DNA of 64,000 bases, from NCBI GenBank assembly GCA_965645245.1, contig OZ287077.1, forward strand, positions 1,798,001-1,862,000, read 5' to 3'. Each line of letters starts with the position of its first letter. Position 1 is the first letter of the stretch. Of this stretch, positions 24,646-36,400 are shown in pieces. Below the pieces are notes generated by a model. It did not search any database and was not told where the DNA came from. It worked only from the letters and a program-made list of their open reading frames with translations. Source of the stretch: Massalongia carnosa (taxonomy: Eukaryota). Both the position numbers and the translations under genes were made by a program.

Positions 24646-26410
24646 CTACTCCTCCTCCTCCTCATCGTCCTCATCGTCCTCACCGTCCTCATCGGGCATG
24701 ATGATACTGTTGAGATAGGTCACCTATCATCATCGCCCAATTGAATCAGCCTTTCACCCTTGTATCCAAAAGCGAAAACGAGGATATGAAGGAAACCAAA
24801 AGCCGAAAGAAAAAAGAAAGACCTACAAAAGGCGTCAAAACCCCCACTAACTCCGCAATCTTCCCAACCGCCCCTGGCCCCAGTACCTCCGCGTCCTTGA
24901 GCTTGCGGCCGATGGTGAAGCTACGCAGGCGTAGCAGGGGGATATTCGGGTTATCCGAGTCGTAGCCCTAAGATCCAGAAACCGGGAAATTGTTAATCTA
25001 ACTAACCTCTAATGCGCGTCTCCATATCTTCCCTCTTAACCCCTAGAAGTCAACAATAAGGGGGGCTTAAAGATTCCATTTACCTTCGGCTTCGTCTTAA
25101 GTGCATTTTCCGCATTCATACCCACAAAAGCCTTTACCACCTTTCCCTCCTCCCGCGCGACACCGCCAAGAAAATCGCTCCGCATACTCGGCGCCATCAG
25201 CACCGTTTTTAGGCGCGCCGAGTTTTTGTCTATCGCGCGGCGCATGAGGCTTAGAGGCGCGGCTTCGGGATTCCATAGGCCGGCGCCGAGGAAAGATCCG
25301 TGGTTGGGCTTGATTTGGAGGTAGTAGCCTGCGTAGGGACCTTTGCGGCCAGTGCGGGACCTAATCGAGTGGGGTAAGACAATGATTACGGCGTGCTTTA
25401 ATTGAGATCTGGATGAGAAGAGGCAAGGCTTACCATGCGGCGGAGTAATGAGTCTGTGGATTTATTAGCGGCAGGGCTGAGAGGAAAGGGGGGAGACTTA
25501 CTTTGTAGGGGGTTGGGTCGGAGCTGAATCTTACGTCTCTATATATCCGGAACGTCTGTGTAAGAAAGATTGGCATTTTTTTCCGCGCGTCACAAGAGAG
25601 TAGCGTGGATGTACTCACAAGGTCTTTAGGCGGTAGTTCCGGAATAGTCTCATCCTTCTCGATTATCTTCTCTGTCAAGATTTCAACAAAGCTATTAAAA
25701 TCTTTCTGCGATTGCCGATAATCGGCATCATGTACTACACCGAGAATTTATTAGCCCGTCCCTTTTTATGATACTCCATTCTTATACATCAAAATAGTCA
25801 AACTTAACTTACCTTTCAACCACTCCCTATCATTGTTCTCCTTCAAATCTCCCAGAAAGGCCATCGTGTTCGGATGCACGGTGTCATCTGTATATGGCGT
25901 ATCACCTGCCTCCCTAGCTTTTGGTAATCTAATAAACATCGCCTCCCCTGGTGCCAACCCAGTTTTAACGCCCGGTCTCCAAAGTTCCTGTCCCTTGACC
26001 AATTTCGAGGTAGTCGCTACACCATTGCCATTCGCGGGTTTTCGGCCACGCGAGTTTCGTTTCCGAGGCGCCTCCTCCGCCGAGTTATACTCGTCTGCAT
26101 CATCCTCAGACTCGGCAGGCGAAGACACTGCGCTGGAGAATTCTTCGTCTTCGTCCTCGTAGCCCGAGGCTTCTTCCTCGACAGCGGATTCCGCCTCGGA
26201 GGGCTCGGAGTTTTGGTCAAGCCCGGGTTTTTGCTCGAAGAATTGGCTTTTCTTGGGAGTAGATTTGCCTGCAACTTTGGCGACGGGGTGGATTGGCGAA
26301 GATTTGACTCGTTTGGAGCGGCGAGTAGGTGTCGCTTTGGAGGGCGAGAGGGCCCGTTTCAGGGGGGTGGAAGTTGAGGAAGCGACTTTTGGGCGAGATG
26401 CTCGCGGCAT
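24646..26410 (-). CDS. DUF2461 (TIGR02453-like) family protein with basic/acidic disordered N-terminus; 7 exons (26410-25813, 25734-25619, 25555-25502, 25453-25434, 25360-25084, 24967-24827, 24723-24646)
   Basis: FLGDLKENNDREWLK, FRIYRDVRFSSDPTPYKTHYSAAWSRTGRKGPYAGYYLQI, GAGLWNP, ALKTKPKGY. Six GT-AG introns keep frame; acidic tail ends TAG. Confidence 0.9.
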
Positions 26411-26661
26411 CCTTTGAGTATGAGTTAATTAGTTCTAATGCAACATTCAGAGTTCAGTGTATAGCTATTAGGTTTCTCATCTAGCACCTAGACATGCCAG
26501 AGAGTAAATTCCCGAAGGTTCTGCTTTGCACCAACGCGTGACATCATCGACGCGCACCATAGCTAGATGAAAACGCTTTACCAAATTGGGAACGATTATT
26601 AACCACGGCGGGTTTACACATTCCTTTCCTCCGACATGCCCTGCACCCAAAATAGAGCTGA
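26411..26661. promoter_or_regulatory. Short bidirectional promoter between DUF2461 and TYW3 with MCB-like motifs (ACGCGT 26534-26539; ACGCG ~26550)
   Basis: Head-to-head ATGs about 250 bp apart; motifs read directly. Confidence 0.5.
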
Positions 26662-27659
26662 ATGAAAAACGTCCAAATGCCCCATCCCAAAATCCTCCCC
26701 ATCTTCGCTACTAAAAAGAAAAAGATTCTGGCAGCCCTCGCTACGCCTCCAAACTTCTACACAGACCTCTCACCCAAAGGCTCGGTAGACAGCGGCATCA
26801 AAGACCTGCTTGACCGGATCAACCAAATAGACGGCGCTGTAACGACGAGTAGCTGCGCCGGCAGAATTAGCGTTTTCCTCGAAGGGAGTAAAGACGCCAG
26901 AAATGGCGAAGCAGTTGGGGAGGGAGAAGAGCGGAGCGGGGATGGCCAGGCTGCAGTGCCTGCAGGGAAGGGAAGGGGGGGCCGATGGCTATTTGTTTCG
27001 CACGATCCTCTTGATGTGCGGGTGGGAACACCCGTAGAGGCTGCCTTCCTCATCACGCTGTTCGGGCTATCGCGAAAACCGTGCGTATTCCCGAAAGTGG
27101 ACACTAGTCAGGTGCGGTTTGTAAGGTTTCAATTTGAACCCATGGTAAGCGTAGAACCACAACGGAAGAGTGTAAATAAAAAACTGAGGCTGAAGTCCCA
27201 GCAATCCCACTGACATACCACGGCTAGATTTTGCACATCATGACGGCCTCCCTGCACCATGCACAAGCGATCCTCTCAGCGGCTATAAACGCAGGCTTCC
27301 GCGAAAGTGGAGTCCAAAGCTTGAAAAACCTGGAAGACCCAAACGCCTTTCCAATGGTCGCTGTGCGCACGTCAGGGCTCGCCCTGGGGTCGGTGATAGG
27401 CTGGATGCACGACGGGGAAGACGAGAAAGGAGAGGTTCACAGCCTGGTCGGCGAAGACCACCTTGAGCTTCTTGTGCGTATCGCAAATGAAAGGTTTGTC
27501 GCGAACGCGGAAAGAATTCAGCGATTCAGCGACTACTTGTTTCGGAGCGAGAAGGAGGGCGGATCGGCTTGGGAGGATAAGTTGGTTAGGCAAGACCGCA
27601 AGAGAGCTGAAGGGTTGAAGCAACAGCAGATGTTGCAGGGACGAAAGGTTGACGAATGA
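26662..27659 (+). CDS. TYW3: tRNA wybutosine-synthesizing methyltransferase Tyw3; intron 27145-27227
   Basis: DLSPKGSVD, VTTSSCAGRISVF, WLFVSHD, FQFEPM|ILHI, AGFRESG, MVAVRTSGL. Confidence 0.93.
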
Positions 27660-28111
27660 TGTTTGGATTCCTAGTTACTTTGCTCTGCGCTTACCCTATT
27701 TGCCTGGCCGAATGATGAATGGAGGAAGGGCGTTGACGTAAGGGGGGTACGAAGGACTCAGACGCTGTTAATTTATGGTACAGCCAAAGGCGAACGATTG
27801 ACTCCGATTGGAAAGAACCAAAAGAGAACTTGAATCCAAATAGAATTCGAGATTCAACGACGGCCGTGCGCCCTATTTGCAACATGCAGCAAGAAAATGA
27901 TATGGTTCGAAATGTGGAAAACCAACTATTTACTAGCTATTCGAAAGACGTTTCCTTATAAATTAAAGTGCTCCATAAGATTCATGACAAAGACATGCAT
28001 CCGATTATACGAAGTATCTGATGAGTCAGGGGTGATGAGGCTTGGGAAACCCATGTACATTTAACATGGTTAGGAAAGATTTAGCTTTCCCAAAGAAAAG
28101 CATTGCCCAAA

Positions 28112-29920
28112 TCAATGCGCGCTACTTTTGGGACCAAGGCTTATCGCTCTCTCCACCCATGTATTTCCATTAGCTCCTTCTTGAGTCGCGATGCGCCTGA
28201 CTCTCTCCATCCTAGTATTGCTGCTTTCCCGCTCGAAACCCGGCAACATGGCTCTACCGACAATGCCCATGTTCCTTGTACTCGGCAGCCTAAGCATCTC
28301 CTTTTCCACCGCGTATCCAACCTCGCCAGAGAGATAAGTAACCCAATCGCAGAGACTGGAATACGCAGACGGTTGCTTGGATCTTGCTTCCGGGCTGAGC
28401 TTTTTGAGATCCCCTCCCAATGGTTGGTCTTCCTCGATTTCTGTGCAAGCAATCTTGATTGCCACGGATTTTGCTTTCGAGACGTTGGGAGCGAAGTATG
28501 ATGGCGCAAACTGGTCCGCGCTGTAGCTATTGAAAACAGAAGGAGCACGGAAGCGGAGCCCAGACAGGTTATGTGAGCAGCAGGGGATGGCAAGGAATGG
28601 CGATGAAGAGACGGAAGCCAAAAGTGGGGTCCAAGGGGTAAGCTCATCCGCGTGATTTGAGATGATGAACGTTCCAGTACGAAAGATGCCGTTGTGCCAG
28701 ACTGGTTCTTTGACGACATTGCTTCCTTTAGTTCTGCGTGGCGAACATTCTCGAGACAAGATTCCCCCATTGGCATAGTTGAATGCGGAATCAACTTCGA
28801 ATAAGGGCTGCGGTATGAGGATTAGTTGTTTAAGATGGGTTTGAATAGCAGCATCAAAAGTAGCCCACGTCTTTCGTCTTCGGGCGTCGAAGCCCCAACC
28901 ACTATATCCTTCCCTTATGAGTATATCAACGAGAATTCCATTTCCACAGCCGATGTCCACAAATCCCGGAAACGCAAGTCTATCTTGGCCTCTACCGGAT
29001 TTATCATCGTTCGCAGAAAAATCATCACCTGCATCATACATATCCTTCCACAACTCTATTAGAAAGGCTGCGATACCTAGGTCCTCAAAGACATGTTTGC
29101 TAGGCTCCGTCTGCTCTACCCAGTTGTCACATAATCTTTTGGAATGCTTTCGCTTAAGGTCTGTGTAAGTATCCTGCACTCTTTGCTGCGAGACTAGCTG
29201 ATCATGATACACTCGCTTCTTATAGCCTGCTAATGAACCTTGACCATGTTTAAGCAAAGTTGAGAGGAGGTGGCGCCCGGTACGTAAAAGACGTTCTGAA
29301 AAAGGCAGAGTCTCTGAAGGGAAAAGGAAGTAATGGAGAGATATAGACCCTTGGCTGGATTGAGACGAAGGTATCTGCGGACTCTGCACAGTATCCGTGG
29401 ATATGGAAGATTGAAGACTCCAAGTATGTAAATAGGCAAGCGACTTCACTCTAGGATGATACCAGGGGAGATCGCCCACCTGAGATGCATGTGGGATGTA
29501 AATGACAAGATTCTCCTCCTGCTCTTGGGACCTGGCTGAATGTAGAATGTGGCAGGTTTGCGCGATTGGCCTGTCCAGTTGCGGGTTGCGCGGAACCATC
29601 AATCGAACAAATGTTCTTTTGATTTGGAAACCAGGCAAATCGCCGTCACGCATGCCATATTCTCTGAGGTCCACCCCCAGGCTTTCCCTATTTGAGAGCT
29701 GCACATTGGTGAGCTCATCGTTCAAACTGTCGTAGAGAATGTCGGCACGGAAAAGGAGGTTTGAGTTGATATTCGGGTTCTTGATGAGGTTAATGGCGAC
29801 GCTTTCGAAAACGCGTGGAGGGAAATCGCACTCATGCTCTAGAACGGGCAGCCATGTCTCATGTGGGAGGCGATGACACGTATCGGTTCCAAGGGGGCTG
29901 AAAGGCGCGCATGCTGCCAT
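28112..29920 (-). CDS. TRM44: tRNA(Ser) Um44 2'-O-methyltransferase Trm44
   Basis: YKKRVYHD, KHVFEDLGIAAFLIELW, SAM motif FVDIGCGNG, GFDARRRKTW, IISNHADELTPW, AIPCC, LRLPSTRN. Confidence 0.92.
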   Translation of the reverse strand: MAACAPFSPLGTDTCHRLPHETWLPVLEHECDFPPRVFESVAINLIKNPNINSNLLFRADILYDSLNDELTNVQLSNRESLGVDLREYGMRDGDLPGFQIKRTFVRLMVPRNPQLDRPIAQTCHILHSARSQEQEENLVIYIPHASQVGDLPWYHPRVKSLAYLHTWSLQSSISTDTVQSPQIPSSQSSQGSISLHYFLFPSETLPFSERLLRTGRHLLSTLLKHGQGSLAGYKKRVYHDQLVSQQRVQDTYTDLKRKHSKRLCDNWVEQTEPSKHVFEDLGIAAFLIELWKDMYDAGDDFSANDDKSGRGQDRLAFPGFVDIGCGNGILVDILIREGYSGWGFDARRRKTWATFDAAIQTHLKQLILIPQPLFEVDSAFNYANGGILSRECSPRRTKGSNVVKEPVWHNGIFRTGTFIISNHADELTPWTPLLASVSSSPFLAIPCCSHNLSGLRFRAPSVFNSYSADQFAPSYFAPNVSKAKSVAIKIACTEIEEDQPLGGDLKKLSPEARSKQPSAYSSLCDWVTYLSGEVGYAVEKEMLRLPSTRNMGIVGRAMLPGFERESSNTRMERVRRIATQEGANGNTWVERAISLGPKSSAH

Positions 29921-30504
29921 GCCAAGACGGTAGCGGGTTACCAGTTAGGCTATCTCAACTACTCTACCCAGGCACAAAAGCACCATAGAGGGGATCAGTG
30001 ACTCAAGGTCCTCATAGTCTTTTATTTTCGTCGAACACATATTCTTATAGATTAGAGAGCGATTGGTACTTTGGTCTTACTCAAACATCGTAAAATCTCA
30101 GCCGCTAGCTAACTAGGCTTGTGGGGAGTTCCCGTGTGGGGTAGGGCTGGGAATAAAAAAACAATCGAAAAGAAAAGAAAGATGATAACGAGGAGATGCG
30201 GTTAAAGAGCAGTCGGAAAAGGGATATTTGAAATATTTGATATTATTTGCAATTCTCATACAAAGTGGTATACCGTCAAAGTCATTTCCTCCATCGATCC
30301 CCTTCAAAGGGGTTTTTTAAAAACCAAGATCTGTAGAAACTTTCAGCCCTACCACTCACACGTGAAGGAGCCTTTACTGGAAGTTTCCCATTCTTTAGGA
30401 GAAAATTTGCGCAATTTGGCGCAGAGACGCCAAACCCTCACAGTCAATCGTTCTACGGATTGTGTCGAATTAGTAGTACATCCCCGTCACTCATTCCCCT
30501 CGCA

Positions 30505-31173
30505 ATGTGGTCTCCGCCCTCATCGTCGAACTCGGATCCCTTTGCGCCTCCCCCAGCCTCTGGACCCCTCTTCTCCCCCTCCCTTATCTCGCCCGCCGTA
30601 GCGGCCGCCCTTCCGCCCAAATACACCATCCGTCCGCTCCAGCGGTCGGACTACAAGACCGGGCACCTCGACCCGCTTCGTGTCCTTACCAAGGTTGGCG
30701 ACATCTCGCAGCAGGCATGGGTGGGGCAGTACGATTGGATGGCGAAGATCCCGGACACCTACTTCCTCGTTGTGGTGTGTGATGGGGAGGGAAAGATCGT
30801 GGGCACGGGCACGTTGTTGAAGGAGCGGAAATTGTGGGTAGTCATTGCTTATCGCGGGAAGACTGGTGGTTAACCGCTTTTCGGTAGCATTCATAATCTA
30901 GGCAATGTTGGCCATGTCGAAGATATCGCCGTCCTCGAGGACCAGCAAGGAAAGAAGCTTGGCCTGTATCTCCTCCAAGCTCTTGGCTATATCGCCGAGA
31001 AGGTTGGATGCTACAAGGTTTGCGCCCAGTGTCGGCCAGTAAATCTACTTTGCTAACACACGTATTAGCAAATCCTCGACTGCTCCGCAAAGAACGAAGG
31101 CTTCTATGTCAAATGCGGTTTCAAACGCGCGGGTTACGAGATGGCACAATACCATGAGGCTAATGACAAATAA
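30505..31173 (+). CDS. GNA1: Glucosamine-6-phosphate N-acetyltransferase; introns 30834-30887 and 31018-31068
   Basis: IRPLQRSDY, LRVLTKVG, GTGTLLKERKF|IHNLGNVGHVEDIAV...QQGKKLG, GCYK|QILDC...GFYVKCGF. Confidence 0.93.
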
Positions 31174-31853
31174 GGCTGAGAACAGGGATGCAAGGGTTGC
31201 TGGGAATGCTCTTGAAACCTTTTGTTGAAGCTCTGATATACGGTTGATGAGTAGCAAAGATGTTTGACTTGACGGCTGTGGGATGGTGGCAATATGGAGA
31301 TAGTTTCTTCTGATGGATTTACGACAAATTAGTTAATAGACACTTTAGACATCCCGGATATGGGAAATCTTCTGCGGTTGGTCTTCCCACATATGGTGGC
31401 AGATGAGTGAAATCTTGCAGCGAAGAGCTTGAACTTCCATGATAAATGGGCGCTGAACCTTTCATGCTTTGAGTAGGTGCATAGAATGGTTAGGCGGTAC
31501 CTTCTTAGTGTGACCATATATTTTTTATTGTTATGTAAAGTTATAATAGGTTGATATACCTATAATGATGGTTGTCCAGCAAAGATATCAGCCGTAGAAC
31601 AGTTTGAAACCAGCCTTCGCCAAACACAATCGGTGCCAGTCTTAGTAGAAGCCTGAGAACAGGGTAGTCTAAACCAGGTTAGAGAACCATAGACAAAGTA
31701 CAACTCTCCCGCTACATTGTAGAAGTGTAAATATGTGCAAGGATATAAGCTTTTAAAGCAAGCTTCAAATGCCGATAATGTGCAAAAAAAGCTATTGCCA
31801 AACCTGAAGCAACAGCTCATGCCTACACAGCACATGAACGCGAGAAGCCTGGG

Positions 31854-33407
31854 TTAATAGTAGTTACCCTTGGGAATCGCAACGAAAATTCCCACAGAGA
31901 CAGCGCTTAGTACAACGGCACTCCCAACAGCCTGAAGGAAGATAGTGTCTTGAATTTGGCGTAGAGCTGGTTCCTGAATCCAAACCTGCCGATCAAAGAC
32001 CTTGCGGACGATATTACGCTTCTCGTATTTGGCAACCCAGGGTTCGTCTTCATAACTGTTGCTGCTAACCATAGTGTCAAAAGACCCTTTCTTCATCTCC
32101 AAATCGCCAGATGCGTCGTCTTCTTCGGCGAATAGTTCCCAAGGTCGGAGATGACGGTGGTGCATGCCATGTAGGACCTATTGCGTGTAAGCGGAGAACA
32201 GATGCAAGGAAGGCGAAAGATAGCCTTACGACACACATTCCCTTCCAAGCAGCAATAAGAGTAGCGATTCCGATCATGAAACCAATGGCCGATAAGACCC
32301 TCCAACCTCGACCAGCATGGCTTAGAGTGATAAGTATCGCTGCGATAATCCCACCAGCAATCCCACCAACGCCAAGACCTCGAGCAAATATCACGCGTGC
32401 CCTATTACCATTGCAAATTGTCCAGCGAATGAAATTTGGGTGGGATTGATGGCGTAGAGACCATTCTACTGTTTGGATGACCTTTCGGATCGCGGAGGGA
32501 TGTGTGGTATTCGACAACGCATGGAGAAGAGTAGCACGCTCCTTTGAGGAAAGGTTAAGCTGTCGAGGAGAACCATTTGCAACATAAGTTGCTATGACTC
32601 GAGCAATTTCTTCACGGAAAGGCTGGATAGTAACTGTTGTAACCATCAGCTGAGTAAGTCATAAAATCCCAACCTTTATGAGCTTACAAGGTTGCCATTT
32701 AAGGTCAGCGTCGGTGAAGGCACCAGCTGCCTTTTGATGAAAAGATCTGCCAGGACTCCTTGTGCCGGAGCCATTATTGCTCGAACCGGATTCGGAGTTT
32801 GCGTTGCTACCTCTCCTCTCTCTGGTAGGGGTTCTGGGAGGTGTATTAAATGGATCGCCCTTCAGCTCTGCTGTGCTGGCAGTTTGTGGAGCAAAGCCCG
32901 TGCCCCTAAATAAAGCAGCAGTTTCTCGGCTCATTGGCTTTTGGCCGGCAGGAATAGCAGTTTGGGTTGCCAGCGCCTCAGCTTCCGTTTGTTCAACGGT
33001 CCATTCAGGTGCAAGCGCCCGCTCATTCGGTGGTAGTTCAGAGAACCGCTTGGCGTAATCCATATACCATAGATAGAACTGAAGATTTTCTGCCGAGTAT
33101 TCGATGTATATAAGGTAGTTCATGAAATCACGAGTGGTGCATGGCTGCAATTTCCTGATCAGCCTCCAAGGAAGCACTAAATATGTAGACTATTCGTTCC
33201 GTACAGAAGGGCAAAGCTGCTTACTGGACAAGTGCCTCCAGAAATGACTCGATCGAAAGACAAGGCATCTGGTATACCAAGCGACATACCGCTGCCAGTA
33301 GAATGCATTGTTGATTCGCCAATAGACTTTGTCTTTTCCTCGCCGTTCAAGGAAGCACGGGAGGAGTTGACATGAGGAGGACGACGGTAAGTGAGGGAGT
33401 AGACCAT
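31854..33407 (-). CDS. RGS-domain protein with C-terminal transmembrane helices (Rax1/RgsB-like architecture); introns 33224-33145, 32687-32634, 32229-32178
   Basis: DFMNYLIYIEYSAENLQFYLW, IATYVANGSPRQLNLS, SHPNFIRW, three hydrophobic helices; canonical introns keep frame. Confidence 0.85.
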
Positions 33408-36400
33408 CTTGGCCGTGATGCAAGAGGCTGAGGTCGGTGATATGTATATATTGGTTCAGCGTAGAGGACGAATGATTCCAAAGAGTAAAGAGATTAAACC
33501 AGTAGCTGTCTTGGTAATTAGCAGGATCTCATATCCGATGCGAAAAGAAACAGACGTCAAGAAAATGAGGTACAAATAAAAGAGGTAGGAATTAATTACA
33601 TTGTAACATAAGGCTAGGGCTTCCAATACTTCCTCCAACTGATTTAGGGCAAGAATCAACTAAACCCAATGATGACCTCTTATCTTTTTTGATATATTAT
33701 TCTTAAGTGGCGAGATTCGCTTAGACTTGTTACGTATACAATGGCCAATTCACAGACAAAGAGTCTTAAGCTTCCTGGAAAACCTGGTTTGACTTTAAGC
33801 AAACACAAATATATGGGAAACGGCTGCCTTTTAGCACAAACAGCCAAGACAACGGGAGAACATCTCAAGACGTTGCATTACGGGATCCCCAGGACAGGTG
33901 CAAGCGGACTTGAGCTTCATTTCAGGGTCAACTTTGGCGTTATTGGAGCGACCATGGAAGAGAGAACCGATTTTACAAACCTACTGAGAGAAATTAGCCT
34001 AGCTATTCAGAGTTTCCCGTACTGTAGAGAGGTTGAAGGATGTTACTGTTAGGTTTAGGCGGTCGTAGGGTCATAACTCTACAGCCCCCCGGCCCCCAAA
34101 GTCACAAGGTGAGAAGATATATAATCGTTAAGCTCCCATCATGTTCCCTCCGCTCATGGCTATGGTTTGTGCTTGCTCTCGCAAATGTGGGAGAAAAGGC
34201 TTGTGGCGTTGAAAGGCTCGACTGGACTGGAAGAGGCATTCTTCGTTTCGCCAATTAAAGACTGCCGCCTTGGAAAATGATGGTAGGCGAACAGCATGGC
34301 GGCTCGTGGAGATGCTAGTCAAAATCAAAAGGTTCGATTGCGGAGACGGAAAAATAAGCTAATTGTGTCGATTGGCTCGAAACTAATAAAACGCCCGCAC
34401 AAGAGGTCTGGAAGAAGGTTCTGCATTTTTGGTTTTGGGAGCCTCATTCTGTAAGTGCTGACTAACCTTAACTAACTTAACACTTGGCGATCAGACCGCG
34501 ATCAGACCATGTTCCGACGCTTCGCCTTGTCACTTGCCAGTCCTTTCATCTCGATAATCTCTTAAACCAGCTCGCATATCTAGTTAGATAGGCTCGGGCG
34601 GCGATCTCGACTCATCAACCGCCAAACGGAGTCCTGCCCGATCTTACGTAACATGGTGTGTCACTCAATCGGCGGTAACTAATCTCCGCGAGTCCTGACT
34701 AGCTCTGACGCTGCACGAATCGAGATTTTTCGGGATTTCAGGACGGAAACCCCACCCTTTGTTAGTGGTGGAATTTTCGTACCTCCGTCTGTCTTAGGTT
34801 TAAGAAGTTCGGAAGATTGTATGCGACTTCGCTCGTATCGCGTGGTACCACCCACCACTTTGCGTGCTATTACCAACGCTTGGGATGGGGGTCTGAGATT
34901 ACTTGCAGTATGCATGTACGGAGTGTCTCGAAAAAGGGAAATAACGAGCGAATCACCGGCATGCGCTGTTGTTCCTCTGTATCTGCACTCGGTACAGATA
35001 CCCTGTTCGGTACCACACGATCTATTGTTGGCCCAGCTTACGGAGTACAGATACTTCGTACTCTGTACAGAGTAGGGATGTACGAGTATTGTACATACAT
35101 ACTCGGTAGTTAGCCAATACCAGTTTCCTTGAATTTTGTCCCGAGGAAACTATCCGGTTCATCCTAGGCTTAACTTAATAGAAGCATTGCTCCTGACATC
35201 ATGACTAAATCAGAATGGATAACCAGGATCTCGGCTTCAACTCAGAATACGAAGCTAAATCTTAGCTGAAAATCTAATATATATAACTTGACCTGGTTTA
35301 CAGTGGCTGTCAGTGAACGAAGAAAAAACACCAAGTGCAATGAAAAGATGGGGCTATCCCGCCCTGGTAGCTAAAACACGGCAAAGCTCTGCGTATGTAG
35401 AACTGCTCTGGGACGCATTGCGTACGGTGGCATCATGAAAATTGCCCTATACAGCCTCTTGTCGCAAATCCACCACCAGCCAGGCCCAAGGAGAAGGCTC
35501 CAGAATGCGTACAGCACACCAAATGAGTGAGGTGACCCCCTGCTGCACCGAGCTAGATATTCATCAACAACAATCGAACTATTCCTACAAGAAAGAGATT
35601 ATTAAAATGCGATAGCGAAAACCAGACTCATTGTTACTCTGGCGGTAGAAGCTATTCTGAAGTTATGCTGTCGAGCACGCTGGATTAATATGGCGTCATG
35701 CGAGCTTTGGTCTTCATGTCTTCCCAGATGCCTGACTTTGATCGCAAGCCTAGCACGGCGTACGGTCAAGTAGCCGGTGATGCCATTGCCTTAGCGGCGT
35801 TGCTGCCCAAAGGAGACCCTCTAGACAGGCTTTCGATGGATTGGAGACACGGAAGCCAATACTTGTGAGTTCAAATGCAACGATCCCCCACAGGAGCAGG
35901 TAGGGTGCGCAACCATACAGCAACGAGGGAAGCATTACTTCGAAACTACCAATTCGAAAGTCGCATCTGCTACCCGTCTAAGAACCATGGACTTACACGT
36001 TGAGTTGTCCTCTTTCTTTCATATTACTCGTCCTGTATAATCTAAGCCCACTCTACGTGTATGCTTCGTACAACTTTTCGGAAAAGCAACCGATCAAGAA
36101 ACGACGGTTCTCCCTCACATCATTGAATGTAGGACTGGAGATCCAGGCAGAAACTCAATCGCTTTTGGGGGCGTTTGGGAGCAGCATTCCTCTGCTAGAT
36201 AAAACAGAAAGAGACACATGAAGGTAAATTATACCTACCCGTACGCTCTATGTGCACATCCAGCAATCCGCCTAACTAGTATTCATCCATCTATCCTCTC
36301 TAAATTTTTCAAATCAGTATTCCTTTCATTCATATATTCCACGATCTCTTATCCACCGCCAATCACTCCGCCGGATAGAAATCTGGTCTAGGCAACTAGA

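Noticed and set aside
25007..25042. Possible 36-nt in-frame cassette exon inside DUF2461 intron 5
   Set aside because: Flanking introns would be only 41 and 39 nt, and the insert would split the conserved KPKGY motif
28018..28052. CTGATGA...GAAAC resembling a hammerhead ribozyme core
   Set aside because: No convincing stem II directly before GAAA and no stem I/III pairing found
34960..35110. Cluster of GTAC/GGAGTA motifs (also near 970, 6570, 15700, 62600)
   Set aside because: Such motifs are common in intergenic DNA of filamentous ascomycetes; no regular spacing or spacer structure, not CRISPR-like
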